Below, piece after piece: positions 38,590 to 46,960 of a stretch of DNA of 64,000 nt. The position numbers were made by a program, and so were the translations under genes. The stretch comes from Escherichia phage PBECO4. Below the pieces are notes generated by a model. It was not told the DNA's origin. It did no database searches and worked only from the letters and a program-made list of their open reading frames with translations. The stretch lies in sequence record KC295538. One strand, 5' to 3'. The stretch's first letter is position 1. Each line of letters starts with the position of its first letter.

Positions 38590-38814
38590 TTAGATTAGAT
38601 TATTGAGGCCGTCAATGGTAGACTCACTTTCTTCTTTCTCCCATTGTCGGTAGTACTTCCATGCTTCATGATAGGTGGCGATTAGTTCATCTTTTTGATC
38701 CTGGTTACATGCCAGTACTGAATCACGGTGAGCGGTGTTATAGATAGAATCGAATGATTTCTTCTCTTCTGCCAGGTTAGCTACTTCCCGCATCAGTTCA
38801 TCAAAGTTAGCCAT
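38590..38814 (-). CDS. hypothetical protein
   Basis: 74 aa ORF. Confidence 0.55.
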   Translation of the reverse strand: MANFDELMREVANLAEEKKSFDSIYNTAHRDSVLACNQDQKDELIATYHEAWKYYRQWEKEESESTIDGLNNLI

Positions 38815-38832
38815 TTTATTACTCCTTTTAGT

Positions 38833-38889
38833 GGGGGAGGATATCTCCCCCTATGCAAAACATTATACTTTGTTTTAGTTATTATGCAA
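38833..38889 (-). promoter_or_regulatory. PeSL-like promoter + leader hairpin
   Basis: TTGCAT..TATAAT then gggggagatatcctccccc hairpin. Confidence 0.6.
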
Positions 38890-39145
38890 GTACTTTTTTC
38901 ATATAAACATTAAATTCTACACCGCCGTAACCTTCCACGATGATATGTTTTGCGTTATCACGTTTGCACATAGTGAAACCATCGTTTACGTGTTTTGCAT
39001 TTTCCAGGGCGACATCACCGATAGCGGCACATACAGCACTAATAACGATATTCCGCAAAGTACTGGTATCATTAGCGGTCATAGTAGTTTGCATGATTAC
39101 GTTGTCGTATACGTGTGCATTGATAGTGATTTCGATAGTGTTCAT
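38882..39145 (-). CDS. hypothetical protein
   Basis: 87 aa ORF; AGGAG SD. Confidence 0.6.
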   Translation of the reverse strand: MNTIEITINAHVYDNVIMQTTMTANDTSTLRNIVISAVCAAIGDVALENAKHVNDGFTMCKRDNAKHIIVEGYGGVEFNVYMKKVLA

Positions 39146-39162
39146 GGTGTATCTCCTGGACT

Positions 39163-39224
39163 GGCGGGAGAACTATTCCCCCGCTCTATGTAAAACATTA
39201 TACGTTAATCTAACTACAATGCAA
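39163..39224 (-). promoter_or_regulatory. PeSL-like promoter + leader hairpin
   Basis: TTGCAT-N17-TATAAT then gcgggggaatagttctcccgcc. Confidence 0.6.
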
Positions 39225-39231
39225 GTACTTT

Positions 39232-39423
39232 TTAAATTTTATTTCCGATATAGTCTGGCCTGTTCTTTTCGGTCATACGCTTAAGCATTTTTTGCATATG
39301 GCTTATTGCTTGTAGTGTATCCTCTTCCAGGGATGAATCGAGATAATCAGGATCATTCTTCACCTTGCAATGATTATGATAGCGTAGTACTGCCAGTACT
39401 TTTTTAACTTCTTCAACTGTCAT
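39232..39423 (-). CDS. hypothetical protein
   Basis: 63 aa ORF. Confidence 0.5.
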   Translation of the reverse strand: MTVEEVKKVLAVLRYHNHCKVKNDPDYLDSSLEEDTLQAISHMQKMLKRMTEKNRPDYIGNKI

Positions 39424-39692
39424 AATAAGTACTCCACTTCGTTAGCTTTCAGGTTAGTATCAATCATCAATGGTTTTTTGTAGTTCACAAAACGATTAGT
39501 TTTTTCGATAGCGAATCCCATATAATCCAGCTTACTAACAGTACATTCATTCTTAAAAACTTCTTTCGCTGCATCGATGGCTGATTGCATGGATAACCGA
39601 CCATCTAAATTAATGTTTCCAAATGATCCACCAGCAGAAGTAGGATTACCGTTCATATCTTTAATGATCATAGTAGCGGAGTAGCTGGACAT
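39420..39692 (-). CDS. hypothetical protein
   Basis: 90 aa ORF. Confidence 0.55.
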   Translation of the reverse strand: MSSYSATMIIKDMNGNPTSAGGSFGNINLDGRLSMQSAIDAAKEVFKNECTVSKLDYMGFAIEKTNRFVNYKKPLMIDTNLKANEVEYLL

Positions 39693-39713
39693 AATTTTGT
39701 TTCCTTTTAGTAT

Positions 39714-39773
39714 CGGGGAGAACTATTCTCCCCTTGATGTAAACTATTATACAGTACTAATATACTTTGTCAA
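39714..39773 (-). promoter_or_regulatory. PeSL-like promoter + leader hairpin
   Basis: TTGACA-N16-TATAAT then ggggagaatagttctcccc. Confidence 0.65.
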
Positions 39774-39776
39774 TAC

Positions 39777-39998
39777 TTAATTACGTTTAAAATGATATGT
39801 GCCTTTATCATCCTGTACGCCCCATACTGATTTACCATCAACACCAGTGAAGCCGGATTGTAATTCAATATGGAAACCATTATTATCAACTACAAAAACT
39901 TTTTTATTTTCATCCCGATAACATTGATATTCTGAATCAACATTAAAGGCCGCATCATTCAGAAGATTGGAAGCGTAAATGCAAGTCATTGTAGTCAT
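39777..39998 (-). CDS. hypothetical protein
   Basis: Start moved to ATG at 39998 (MTTMTCIY...); track N-terminus MFYIERGKRFS is the translated leader hairpin. Confidence 0.55.
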   Translation of the reverse strand: MTTMTCIYASNLLNDAAFNVDSEYQCYRDENKKVFVVDNNGFHIELQSGFTGVDGKSVWGVQDDKGTYHFKRN

Positions 39999-40017
39999 GA
40001 TTTTATTCCTTATTGCC

Positions 40018-40078
40018 AGGGAGAACCGTTTCCCCCTCTCGATATAAAACATTATACTTGATTCTAAGTACAATGCAA
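40018..40078 (-). promoter_or_regulatory. PeSL-like promoter + leader hairpin
   Basis: TTGCAT-N16-TATAAT then gagggggaaacggttctccc. Confidence 0.6.
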
Positions 40079-40120
40079 GTACTTTTTTAAAATAGTTTTC
40101 AGTACTGAATACTTATATAA

Positions 40121-40210
40121 TAGATACACTTCCGCACCCTATGGGTCAGTGAGTTATCTCTCAATGAATATATAATAGCAAAGGGACTGACCGGAGTCAA
40201 TCCCTTTTTT
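40121..40210 (+). repeat. terminator-bearing repeat, copy 2 (candidate small RNA cassette)
   Basis: TATAAT-agatacacttccgcaccctatgggtc...aaagggactgaccggagtcaatccc + T6. Confidence 0.5.
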
Positions 40211-40218
40211 AATCTTTT

Positions 40219-40803
40219 TTATCGTGTTATAGTTACGGCTTTTACATCACGCTTTTTATAGTACTGATTCCAGATATTGCGGGTTAAACCGTAATCAAGT
40301 ACTTTAATAAGGCCGTTGCGATCCTGGCCGATATTCTGTTTTCTGATATCTCTTATCGTTAGTGTTGACAGTGTATCATCAACGTGTTGTAGTGCATCAG
40401 CAAAGCGGTGCTGGCGTTCAATAGCATTACGTTTAATATTGTACTTTAATTCGTTGCACGCGTTAACGTGCTTCACACTGCCTTTACTTGCAGTACTCAA
40501 CCGATCCATAACAATAAACATATTATCAGGATCGCTTAAATGCATATGCACTTTAGCGAAGAACTGTTTCAACTGAGGGCGGTCATAGTCTAAAAAATTC
40601 CATACCCTACATTCTGTTTCATTTTGTTCTACACCCGCATCACAATTCGCGACCTTGATCACTAACCGATCATTTAAAGCGAAAACTATACGGGAAGAAC
40701 CCGCACCGATGATCTCCAGACCAGCTAACCGACAAGCTGAAAGGATCTCTTTGTTGGTTTCCATTGCTGACAGGGTACGGATGAATTTAGTATAATTACG
40801 CAT
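40219..40803 (-). CDS. putative protein kinase (minimal eukaryotic-like kinase fold)
   Basis: Gly-rich loop IGAGSSRIVF, VIKV lysine, DIRKQN catalytic-loop-like, DYG (DFG-like), all in canonical order; start moved to ATG at 40803 with AAGGAG SD. Confidence 0.55.
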   Translation of the reverse strand: MRNYTKFIRTLSAMETNKEILSACRLAGLEIIGAGSSRIVFALNDRLVIKVANCDAGVEQNETECRVWNFLDYDRPQLKQFFAKVHMHLSDPDNMFIVMDRLSTASKGSVKHVNACNELKYNIKRNAIERQHRFADALQHVDDTLSTLTIRDIRKQNIGQDRNGLIKVLDYGLTRNIWNQYYKKRDVKAVTITR

Positions 40804-40831
40804 TGCATGTTCTCCTTGAGTTAATGAAACT

Positions 40832-40860
40832 ATCTTACAGTACTTTACTATCAATGGCAA
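40832..40860 (-). promoter_or_regulatory. sigma70-like promoter
   Basis: minus strand TTGCCA-N17-TAAGAT upstream of kinase-like gene. Confidence 0.5.
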
Positions 40861-41077
40861 CTACTTTTTTTACACTAACCGCGTGAATCACTTCCTTAGT
40901 GTTTTTAGTACTGAATACTTTCGCCGTGCCTTGTTCTACTGCAATACGATAACGACCGTTAACATCAACCATATTAATAAAGTCCGGTGTACTAAACCGA
41001 GTAGTTTTACATTTCAGTACTGTTAACAGTTCCACCAGCGATGTGGTTTCTTTGATACGTTTTTCTAAAGTAATCAT
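40835..41077 (-). CDS. hypothetical protein
   Basis: Start moved to ATG at 41077 (MITLEKRIKE...). Confidence 0.5.
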   Translation of the reverse strand: MITLEKRIKETTSLVELLTVLKCKTTRFSTPDFINMVDVNGRYRIAVEQGTAKVFSTKNTKEVIHAVSVKKVVAIDSKVL

Positions 41078-41130
41078 TTTGTTTTCCCCGTGTTGGTATG
41101 TACATATAGTACTAAAACATTTGAGTACTG

Positions 41131-41385
41131 TCAACGTGATATTAGTTTTATTTTCTTATTATATTGTTGATGTTCATAAAGGTTTATCTTTCCTGTGTTC
41201 TCTATTACTATTCTGTTGTTAGTGTCTACATCGATTACACGCAGTTTTCCGTTGCTTAACTTCCTTGGTAATAGGTTACCATTAATAAACTCATTAGCAA
41301 GCTGTACGGCCTTTGTGATGATTCTCTGAGGTGCTTTATAGTGTACCCGCAAGATATTATCTTTAGATAGTTGTACCTTAATCAT
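41131..41385 (-). CDS. hypothetical protein
   Basis: 84 aa ORF. Confidence 0.55.
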   Translation of the reverse strand: MIKVQLSKDNILRVHYKAPQRIITKAVQLANEFINGNLLPRKLSNGKLRVIDVDTNNRIVIENTGKINLYEHQQYNKKIKLISR

Positions 41386-41406
41386 TTTAGTTTATCCTAT
41401 AAAAAA

Positions 41407-41425
41407 GGCGGGAACTGATCCCGCC
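41407..41425 (-). terminator. intrinsic terminator
   Basis: ggcgggaactgatcccgcc hairpin followed on minus strand by T6. Confidence 0.6.
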
Positions 41426-41447
41426 GTGTTGTTAGTACTGCAAGTTA

Positions 41448-41843
41448 TTAGATAACCTGTCGGCGTTTACTATATACTGTTACACGATTACCCTTACGGT
41501 CGTGTCGGATCTCTTTCTGGTTGCGTACCAGTTCACTTGGACGCTTCAGGTTTGCCAGGTGATCCGCGTGAGTCCAAGCGGTATGGTTTGTCTGTACTTT
41601 GATATCAGAATCAGCGATAAACTCATCTTGTGCATCAAGTATTGACGCCAGTAAATCCGCTCGTTTTAGTTCTGCTGCTGTTAGTACTGGCTCCGGTGAA
41701 TTCACAATATCAGAGATCTCTTTGAACTGTACGGCCCAGCGTTGACCTTTCGGTGCATCTTTGCCCATGTCTTTAAATGTTTCGCCTTCCTCGCGTGCAA
41801 CAATACGGGCAGCTTCACGGGTAGCGTAGAATTTAGTAATCAT
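41448..41843 (-). CDS. hypothetical protein (paralog of 54341..54607)
   Basis: shared KFYATREAARIxAR..GxTFKDMG and DRKGNRVTVY; start moved to ATG at 41843. Confidence 0.65.
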   Translation of the reverse strand: MITKFYATREAARIVAREEGETFKDMGKDAPKGQRWAVQFKEISDIVNSPEPVLTAAELKRADLLASILDAQDEFIADSDIKVQTNHTAWTHADHLANLKRPSELVRNQKEIRHDRKGNRVTVYSKRRQVI

Positions 41844-41938
41844 GGTATACATCCTATTAGTTGAGTTAGTACTACAAGTTAGAGTCTATTATAAAGTACT
41901 ATCTGGGCAATGTCAAATAGTACTTTAAATGGATTCTA

Positions 41939-42262
41939 TTACATGTCTTTCTTACGTTTTACATCGTGGTAGCGAACTGTTATTTCTTTGTTGATCTCTT
42001 CCTCGATGCGGTGAATAACTGTTTCTTTCGGGTTGAAACCTATAACGGTTTCTTTAATGATCTCCAAGCCCGTGTATTCTCCTTGTGTACCGTAACCGTA
42101 AGTAAAGGTTTCATGTCCCAGGTCTTCCCAGCGGTCGCCAATTAACGCGGACACGTAGCAAGAGTGGTAAGTGTTACCGTTCCGATCAGTCCAGCGATTA
42201 ACTTTAATGTCAAAGGAGGTTACAATTTTCAGTTCTACTTTCTGGGTAAGGATCATAGCCAT
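41939..42262 (-). CDS. hypothetical protein (paralog of 48709..49032)
   Basis: shared RWTDxxGNTYHSC.VS and DVKRKKD. Confidence 0.65.
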   Translation of the reverse strand: MAMILTQKVELKIVTSFDIKVNRWTDRNGNTYHSCYVSALIGDRWEDLGHETFTYGYGTQGEYTGLEIIKETVIGFNPKETVIHRIEEEINKEITVRYHDVKRKKDM

Positions 42263-42286
42263 TTTTATTTCTCTCTCTCTTTGTTA

Positions 42287-42350
42287 GGAGGGGAACCGTT
42301 TCCCCTCGCTTGATGTAAACTATTATACAGTACTAAGATACTTTGTCAAT
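42287..42350 (-). promoter_or_regulatory. PeSL-like promoter + leader hairpin
   Basis: TTGACA-N17-TATAAT then ggggaaacggttcccc. Confidence 0.65.
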
Positions 42351-42352
42351 AC

Positions 42353-42535
42353 TTATTTTTTGGAAAGTTTACGCATTAATTCTACGCTTTCTTGTGAACG
42401 TTTTGCTACCTGGCAATCTGTATGGGTAGTAAACATTTTTGTATAGTCTGACGGTTTGCCACCGAACCGAGCGGCACGCTCACGGGCACTTGGAACTAAT
42501 ACGATTTCTTTCTTACAGATAGTGCACTTAGCCAT
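42353..42535 (-). CDS. hypothetical small protein (possible Cys/His metal-binding)
   Basis: 60 aa; CTICKK ... HTDC. Confidence 0.5.
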   Translation of the reverse strand: MAKCTICKKEIVLVPSARERAARFGGKPSDYTKMFTTHTDCQVAKRSQESVELMRKLSKK

Positions 42536-42557
42536 TTTTATTTCTCTCTCTTTGTTA

Positions 42558-42616
42558 GGAGGGGAACCATTCCCCCCTTGATGTAAACTATTATACAGTA
42601 CTAAGATACTTTGTCA
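42558..42616 (-). promoter_or_regulatory. PeSL-like promoter + leader hairpin
   Basis: TTGACA-N16-TATAAT then gggggaatggttcccc. Confidence 0.65.
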
Positions 42617-42620
42617 ATAC

Positions 42621-42896
42621 TTAATTATTGTAAATGCAGTGAATAGTGATAAAGTTTTTACGACCGTAAACCTGCAAATCAATATCAATGTAGTGCTTAT
42701 CAAGTACATCCTCGACGCTTAACGCGGTGTCGTGAATATCTTCGTAGAATTGAGGATCTACAATCTTGCTTAAGTCATCCGGCGTTAACTTATCGTTAAG
42801 CCATTGAACCGCCTGGATATCTGCTTCACGTTTCCAGTCTTCCAGGTTAGTAGTCAGTACTTGCTCGATTTCGTTAGCTGTCAGTAGAATCCGCAT
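42621..42896 (-). CDS. hypothetical protein
   Basis: 91 aa ORF. Confidence 0.6.
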   Translation of the reverse strand: MRILLTANEIEQVLTTNLEDWKREADIQAVQWLNDKLTPDDLSKIVDPQFYEDIHDTALSVEDVLDKHYIDIDLQVYGRKNFITIHCIYNN

Positions 42897-42961
42897 TTTT
42901 ATGTTTCCTTATCAGTAGTTGATGTAAGTATTATACTCGTTTACTTTCTATTGTCAATCTT

Positions 42962-43060
42962 TTTTTATCAGGGGAGTTTTTCGTATGTCTTACTCCTGGA
43001 CTACTTAACGGGGTTACTTGTTTTGTTCCCCGTCCTGATGTAAAACATTATACTTGATTC
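42962..43060 (-). promoter_or_regulatory. long conserved 5'-leader element (copy 1 of 3) with promoter
   Basis: atcaggggagtttttcgt..cttactcctgg..acgggg..ccccgtcctgatgtaaaacattatac; near-identical at 53653-53760, variant at 50455-50555. Confidence 0.5.
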
Positions 43061-43093
43061 TAAGTACAATGCAAGTACTTTTTAAAAATAGTT

Positions 43094-43258
43094 TTACTTA
43101 CTCATATTAACAGGCTTGAACGGTGGCAATGTAAGATCATGCGGGGTTAAACTATCATGCTTTGCCCACATACCGGAATCCCTACGGAATAATACCTTAT
43201 TGTTTTTTATACGATAAAAGTTACCATTATCAGTGTTTTTGTACCATATCATTTTCAT
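43094..43258 (-). CDS. small hypothetical protein (54 aa)
   Basis: ATG ORF MKMIWYKNTDNGNFYRIK...; AGGAG SD; below track cutoff. Confidence 0.45.
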   Translation of the reverse strand: MKMIWYKNTDNGNFYRIKNNKVLFRRDSGMWAKHDSLTPHDLTLPPFKPVNMSK

Positions 43259-43343
43259 TTACTCCTGGTTATGTCGTTATTAAACATTATACGGGGTTAT
43301 AGATAGTTTTCAAGTATATTTCAGTACTAGCCACCAGCATATA

Positions 43344-43430
43344 ATAGATACATTTATGCACCCTATGGGCTGATTTTTTTCTATGCGTATATAATAGCAA
43401 AGGGACTGACCGGAGTCAATCCCTTTTTTA
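43344..43430 (+). repeat. terminator-bearing repeat, copy 3 (candidate small RNA cassette)
   Basis: TATAAT-agatacatttatgcaccctatgggctg...gggactgaccggagtcaatccc + T6. Confidence 0.5.
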
Positions 43431-43437
43431 ATTCTTT

Positions 43438-43587
43438 TTAAACTTCTTTCGGGTTGCGATATGTGATAGCGTTCGGGTACATTTGTTTAATGTTATTCCA
43501 TGCCTGGTTAACATTGTAACCACTTGAGCGAATCAGTTGGTTACTACCGACACCTTGAAACACTACTTCGAATAAGAATTCTTTCAT
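43438..43587 (-). CDS. small hypothetical protein (49 aa)
   Basis: ATG ORF MKEFLFEVVFQGVGS...; GAGGTG SD. Confidence 0.4.
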   Translation of the reverse strand: MKEFLFEVVFQGVGSNQLIRSSGYNVNQAWNNIKQMYPNAITYRNPKEV

Positions 43588-43756
43588 GCTTTCACCTCGC
43601 TATCTGCTTTACCTTTACGCCAGGACATTACTAATTGTTCGCGTTGCCATAAATCGAGTGATACAAAAAGTTTTGCGGTATCACTTTTAGGATACTCGCC
43701 AGTAGTACCTAACCGATAAAACAGATCTTTCAGTACTGATAATTCTACTTGAATCA
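43584..43756 (-). CDS. small hypothetical protein (57 aa)
   Basis: ATG ORF MIQVELSVLKDLFYR...; AGGAG SD; ATGA overlap. Confidence 0.4.
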
Positions 43757-43863
43757 TTTTATTACTCCTGATTGATTTAATACTTCTACTATTGCATGAA
43801 TGATCATAAGTACAGCTAAAACAATAATCATCGGATTCATTTGCATAAGCTGTACTCCTTCTA

Positions 43864-44076
43864 TTAATCTTTCAGCCAATGATCTTGAATGAATTTTTCA
43901 CAGAATCCCTGTTTCATGGATTCCAACAGGCGTTCGCGGTGAGCGTTTGCGAATTGCTCAGTACTATGCGTTACGCCAGGCTGATAACGTGATACCCCAT
44001 CCGGTCCGATGTATTGTACATCCCACGGTTTTTCGTTAGTATCAGACCATTTACGAACGATTAGTTGACCTTGCAT
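43864..44076 (-). CDS. hypothetical protein
   Basis: 70 aa ORF. Confidence 0.55.
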   Translation of the reverse strand: MQGQLIVRKWSDTNEKPWDVQYIGPDGVSRYQPGVTHSTEQFANAHRERLLESMKQGFCEKFIQDHWLKD

Positions 44077-44092
44077 TTTTCTTTCCTCTCAG

Positions 44093-44153
44093 TGGGGAGA
44101 ATCATTTCTCCCCTTCATGTAACTTATTATACAGTACTAGATTATCTTGTCAA
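44093..44153 (-). promoter_or_regulatory. PeSL-like promoter + leader hairpin
   Basis: TTGACA-N16-TATAAT then ggggagaaatgattctcccc. Confidence 0.65.
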
Positions 44154-44159
44154 TAGTTT

Positions 44160-44483
44160 TTATTCACCTTGTTTGAATTTAGTTTTCTCCATTGATTCCA
44201 TGATTGCAACCAATACGCCGTGGATCTCGCTTAACGCGGAATCACTGAAAGCATTAATGAATAGTCGATCATTCTCGCGAATATTTTTAATGTACTTTTC
44301 AGCAGTAGTTGCGAATTCATTCAACGGTAGATCAAATGCTTTATCCCATGATGGATGGCGTAATTGTAACAGTACTGGATTATCACGATCACCAGGGGAA
44401 AACGTACCAGTGATGAAACATACGCCCGGAATACTTTCGAACTGGCAACGGACTTCCTTTGTGATAGTAGTATGAATGTACAT
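44160..44483 (-). CDS. hypothetical protein
   Basis: 107 aa ORF; GAGGA SD. Confidence 0.6.
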   Translation of the reverse strand: MYIHTTITKEVRCQFESIPGVCFITGTFSPGDRDNPVLLQLRHPSWDKAFDLPLNEFATTAEKYIKNIRENDRLFINAFSDSALSEIHGVLVAIMESMEKTKFKQGE

Positions 44484-44510
44484 TTATTGTTATCCTCTAT
44501 TAAATTAATA

Positions 44511-44705
44511 TTACAGTTTATGAATCAATTCTTTATCTAAGCGATAGCGTACATTATTAATAGTAACGGCATTGTTTTTAATGCTACGCTGTACAGGTCC
44601 ACCAGCAATAACAAATGTTGCTTTATTACCCCGAACAATGATAGCACTTCCAGGATTACCGAAATCATCTTGTACTAAAATACTTGATAAGTTTTCCATT
44701 TTCAT
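44511..44705 (-). CDS. hypothetical protein
   Basis: 64 aa ORF. Confidence 0.55.
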   Translation of the reverse strand: MKMENLSSILVQDDFGNPGSAIIVRGNKATFVIAGGPVQRSIKNNAVTINNVRYRLDKELIHKL

Positions 44706-44716
44706 TTCCTCTTAGT

Positions 44717-44773
44717 AGGGGAAGATGTTTCCCCTTGATGTAAGTACTATAACACTACTGGATAGTACTGTCA
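44717..44773 (-). promoter_or_regulatory. PeSL-like promoter + leader hairpin
   Basis: TTGACA..TATAGT then ggggaaacatcttcccc. Confidence 0.55.
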
Positions 44774-44780
44774 ATACTTT

Positions 44781-45038
44781 TTATCTCATAGATCTATGCC
44801 AACAATTACGCGGGGGACGTTTAAAAGTACTATCATGATCCTCCTGGCAAGTTATGCAGTACTTACATCCCTTAACGGCCTGGCGTCGTTTCTCAGGGAT
44901 TATATCGCCGCAGTCGAGGCAATGTATCAGTGATTCTATTTGTGCGTTAATTTGCTTTCTAGCGTGGTTAACGGCGGCCTGAATCACTGCGTTAATCTCG
45001 TCTTGTTCGGCCCCATCTTTCGCGAATCCTACAGCCAT
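44781..45038 (-). CDS. TraR/DksA-family C4 zinc-finger protein
   Basis: CLDCGDIIPEKRRQAVKGCKYCITCQ: CxxC-N17-CxxC typical of phage TraR/DksA-like proteins. Confidence 0.6.
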   Translation of the reverse strand: MAVGFAKDGAEQDEINAVIQAAVNHARKQINAQIESLIHCLDCGDIIPEKRRQAVKGCKYCITCQEDHDSTFKRPPRNCWHRSMR

Positions 45039-45242
45039 TATTTTAACCTCATTATAAAAATACTATAGTACTGTAATGCGACAATAATATTACTTGTTCT
45101 TACTTTTTCCAATCCACATGATACCACATATTCATCCCCATATGTGCGGAACGATACACCATGAAAATTTTTATACACTTGCACTACTAATCATAACCTT
45201 TCGTCTAACCAACTGCATAGAATTATACTACTTTACGCAAAT

Positions 45243-45275
45243 TGATCAAGTATTGATCAGATCATTTTTTGATCA
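45243..45275. promoter_or_regulatory. cluster of three TGATCA palindromes (GATC sites) in long leader
   Basis: ttgatcaagtattgatcagatcattttttgatcaa; overlaps TTGATC-N17-TATAAT on minus strand. Confidence 0.45.
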
Positions 45276-45369
45276 ATATTATACAGTTACATTTGTGCAC
45301 CCTATGGGTTAGTGACGTTCTCGTCTTGATGTAAGTATTATGCCAGTACTTGATGATATTGTCAATAGT

Positions 45370-45567
45370 TTATTTTAATTTTTTTCTGTCATTGATTAAT
45401 GCTTTCAGTACTATACTAATGATTTGCAATGATTCATCAATGACTATAAAATTATTCTCTTTCATTAGATGATAGTTACCATTGATTGTATATTCTAAGG
45501 AGTACTGTTTACGTTTAATTTTTGATAATGTTTCTATTTGTTTTTGTACTGATTTCATGCTAATCAT
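45370..45567 (-). CDS. hypothetical protein
   Basis: 65 aa ORF. Confidence 0.5.
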   Translation of the reverse strand: MISMKSVQKQIETLSKIKRKQYSLEYTINGNYHLMKENNFIVIDESLQIISIVLKALINDRKKLK

Positions 45568-45672
45568 TGTTAAACGTCCTGTAACGCATTCTAACGAGAT
45601 AAACGGTTTAGTACTGGCATTGTATAGGGTAATGAATTAAAGCCCACCAGCGTTAACCAGTGGGCTATAATC

Positions 45673-45816
45673 TTACATCTTGCGGATAATCTTAACAGTA
45701 TCTTTCACCGATTTACCGTCTTGCTGGCATTGCTCGATCATTGCGTATTGTTCTGCTGTAAGATCCTCGCCAGTTTTTGCCAGTACTGCGTCGATGAATG
45801 AATCCAGTGCGATCAT
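45673..45816 (-). CDS. small hypothetical protein (47 aa)
   Basis: ATG ORF MIALDSFIDAVLAKTGEDL...; below track cutoff. Confidence 0.4.
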   Translation of the reverse strand: MIALDSFIDAVLAKTGEDLTAEQYAMIEQCQQDGKSVKDTVKIIRKM

Positions 45817-45915
45817 TTTGTTTCTCTCTTAGGTTAAGTTAACTACTGTTTATAAAACTTATTATACAGTACTATCAAACGTTGTCAATATCTTTAATAG
45901 TACTGGTAATATATT

Positions 45916-46158
45916 TTAGCGGTAATCGTCGTATGCTTTATTCACCTGGCGAATGTAACTTTCAAAGGCTTCGTCTACCGTTTCATACTCCCGAACATAA
46001 TCACCATAGGAAACTACATACATACCTTTTTGATCTTCAAACGACATGATGATAGAATCCAGGCCGATGATTTCAGTTTTTGCGATGATAGCCATTTTTA
46101 ATTCCTTAGTAGTGTAGTTGATAAAAGTTATTATGCCAGTACTATCAATCAGTGTCAA
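45916..46158 (-). CDS. hypothetical protein
   Basis: 80 aa ORF. Confidence 0.55.
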   Translation of the reverse strand: MTLIDSTGIITFINYTTKELKMAIIAKTEIIGLDSIIMSFEDQKGMYVVSYGDYVREYETVDEAFESYIRQVNKAYDDYR

Positions 46159-46178
46159 TAGTACTGTGATAATATTTT

Positions 46179-46391
46179 TTAGTTAATAATAGTCAGTGTA
46201 AAATTGTAATCCCCTGCCTGGTATAGTACTTTATCGCCGAACGTTCCAACACGTTTCATATTGCAATAGATACCCATAACACTTTTTACATCTTTGATAT
46301 TCCGAACGCCAGTAATATCCTTGTTTAAATGATCGTGATCAGAAAATAAAACTTGTTTTGCATTTTTCAGTACAGTGCAGATATTAGCCAT
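46179..46391 (-). CDS. hypothetical protein
   Basis: 70 aa ORF. Confidence 0.55.
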   Translation of the reverse strand: MANICTVLKNAKQVLFSDHDHLNKDITGVRNIKDVKSVMGIYCNMKRVGTFGDKVLYQAGDYNFTLTIIN

Positions 46392-46411
46392 TTTGTTTTC
46401 TCTCTGTTAGT

Positions 46412-46471
46412 GGGGAGAATCATTTCTCCCCTTCATGTAACTTATTATACAGTACTATAATCTATTGTCAA
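46412..46471 (-). promoter_or_regulatory. PeSL-like promoter + leader hairpin
   Basis: TTGACA..TATAAT then ggggagaaatgattctcccc. Confidence 0.65.
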
Positions 46472-46485
46472 ACTATTTTTTTATA

Positions 46486-46827
46486 TTATTCGAAATCTTC
46501 TGGACCGGACTGATAATCATCTTCACCGTATGCACTTTCTAACTTCTCGCCAGTGTGATCATCAGTTAGTGAATCATCCTCATAATTCACGTCTACGCCT
46601 ACAATGTAAAACTGGCTATCGTCTGGATCATTGAAATTAATTTTCTGAATGTTTACAATAACTGTATTGATGCCCAGGACACAGCCATCAGCCGTTACAA
46701 AGTACTGATAGTTTTCACAACCGCCTGAATTGAAACCGTAATTGATTTCGGCCCGACCATCATTTAAACGCAGTGCCTGGGCGATGATTTCGTTTTCAAA
46801 GTTAGATTGAGCAATTGAGATAGTCAT
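46486..46827 (-). CDS. hypothetical protein (acidic C-terminus)
   Basis: 113 aa ORF. Confidence 0.6.
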   Translation of the reverse strand: MTISIAQSNFENEIIAQALRLNDGRAEINYGFNSGGCENYQYFVTADGCVLGINTVIVNIQKINFNDPDDSQFYIVGVDVNYEDDSLTDDHTGEKLESAYGEDDYQSGPEDFE

Positions 46828-46847
46828 GATTCGTTTCCTTATTACTA

Positions 46848-46906
46848 GGGGAAACCGTTTCCCCTTTCGATGTAAAACATTATACGCTTATTGAGATAGT
46901 TTGCAA
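46848..46906 (-). promoter_or_regulatory. PeSL-like promoter + leader hairpin
   Basis: TTGCAA-N16-TATAAT then ggggaaacggtttcccc. Confidence 0.6.
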
Positions 46907-46960
46907 GTACTTTTTATCAAATACTTTAAAATAGTTTTCAGTACTCAAACATTATACAAT

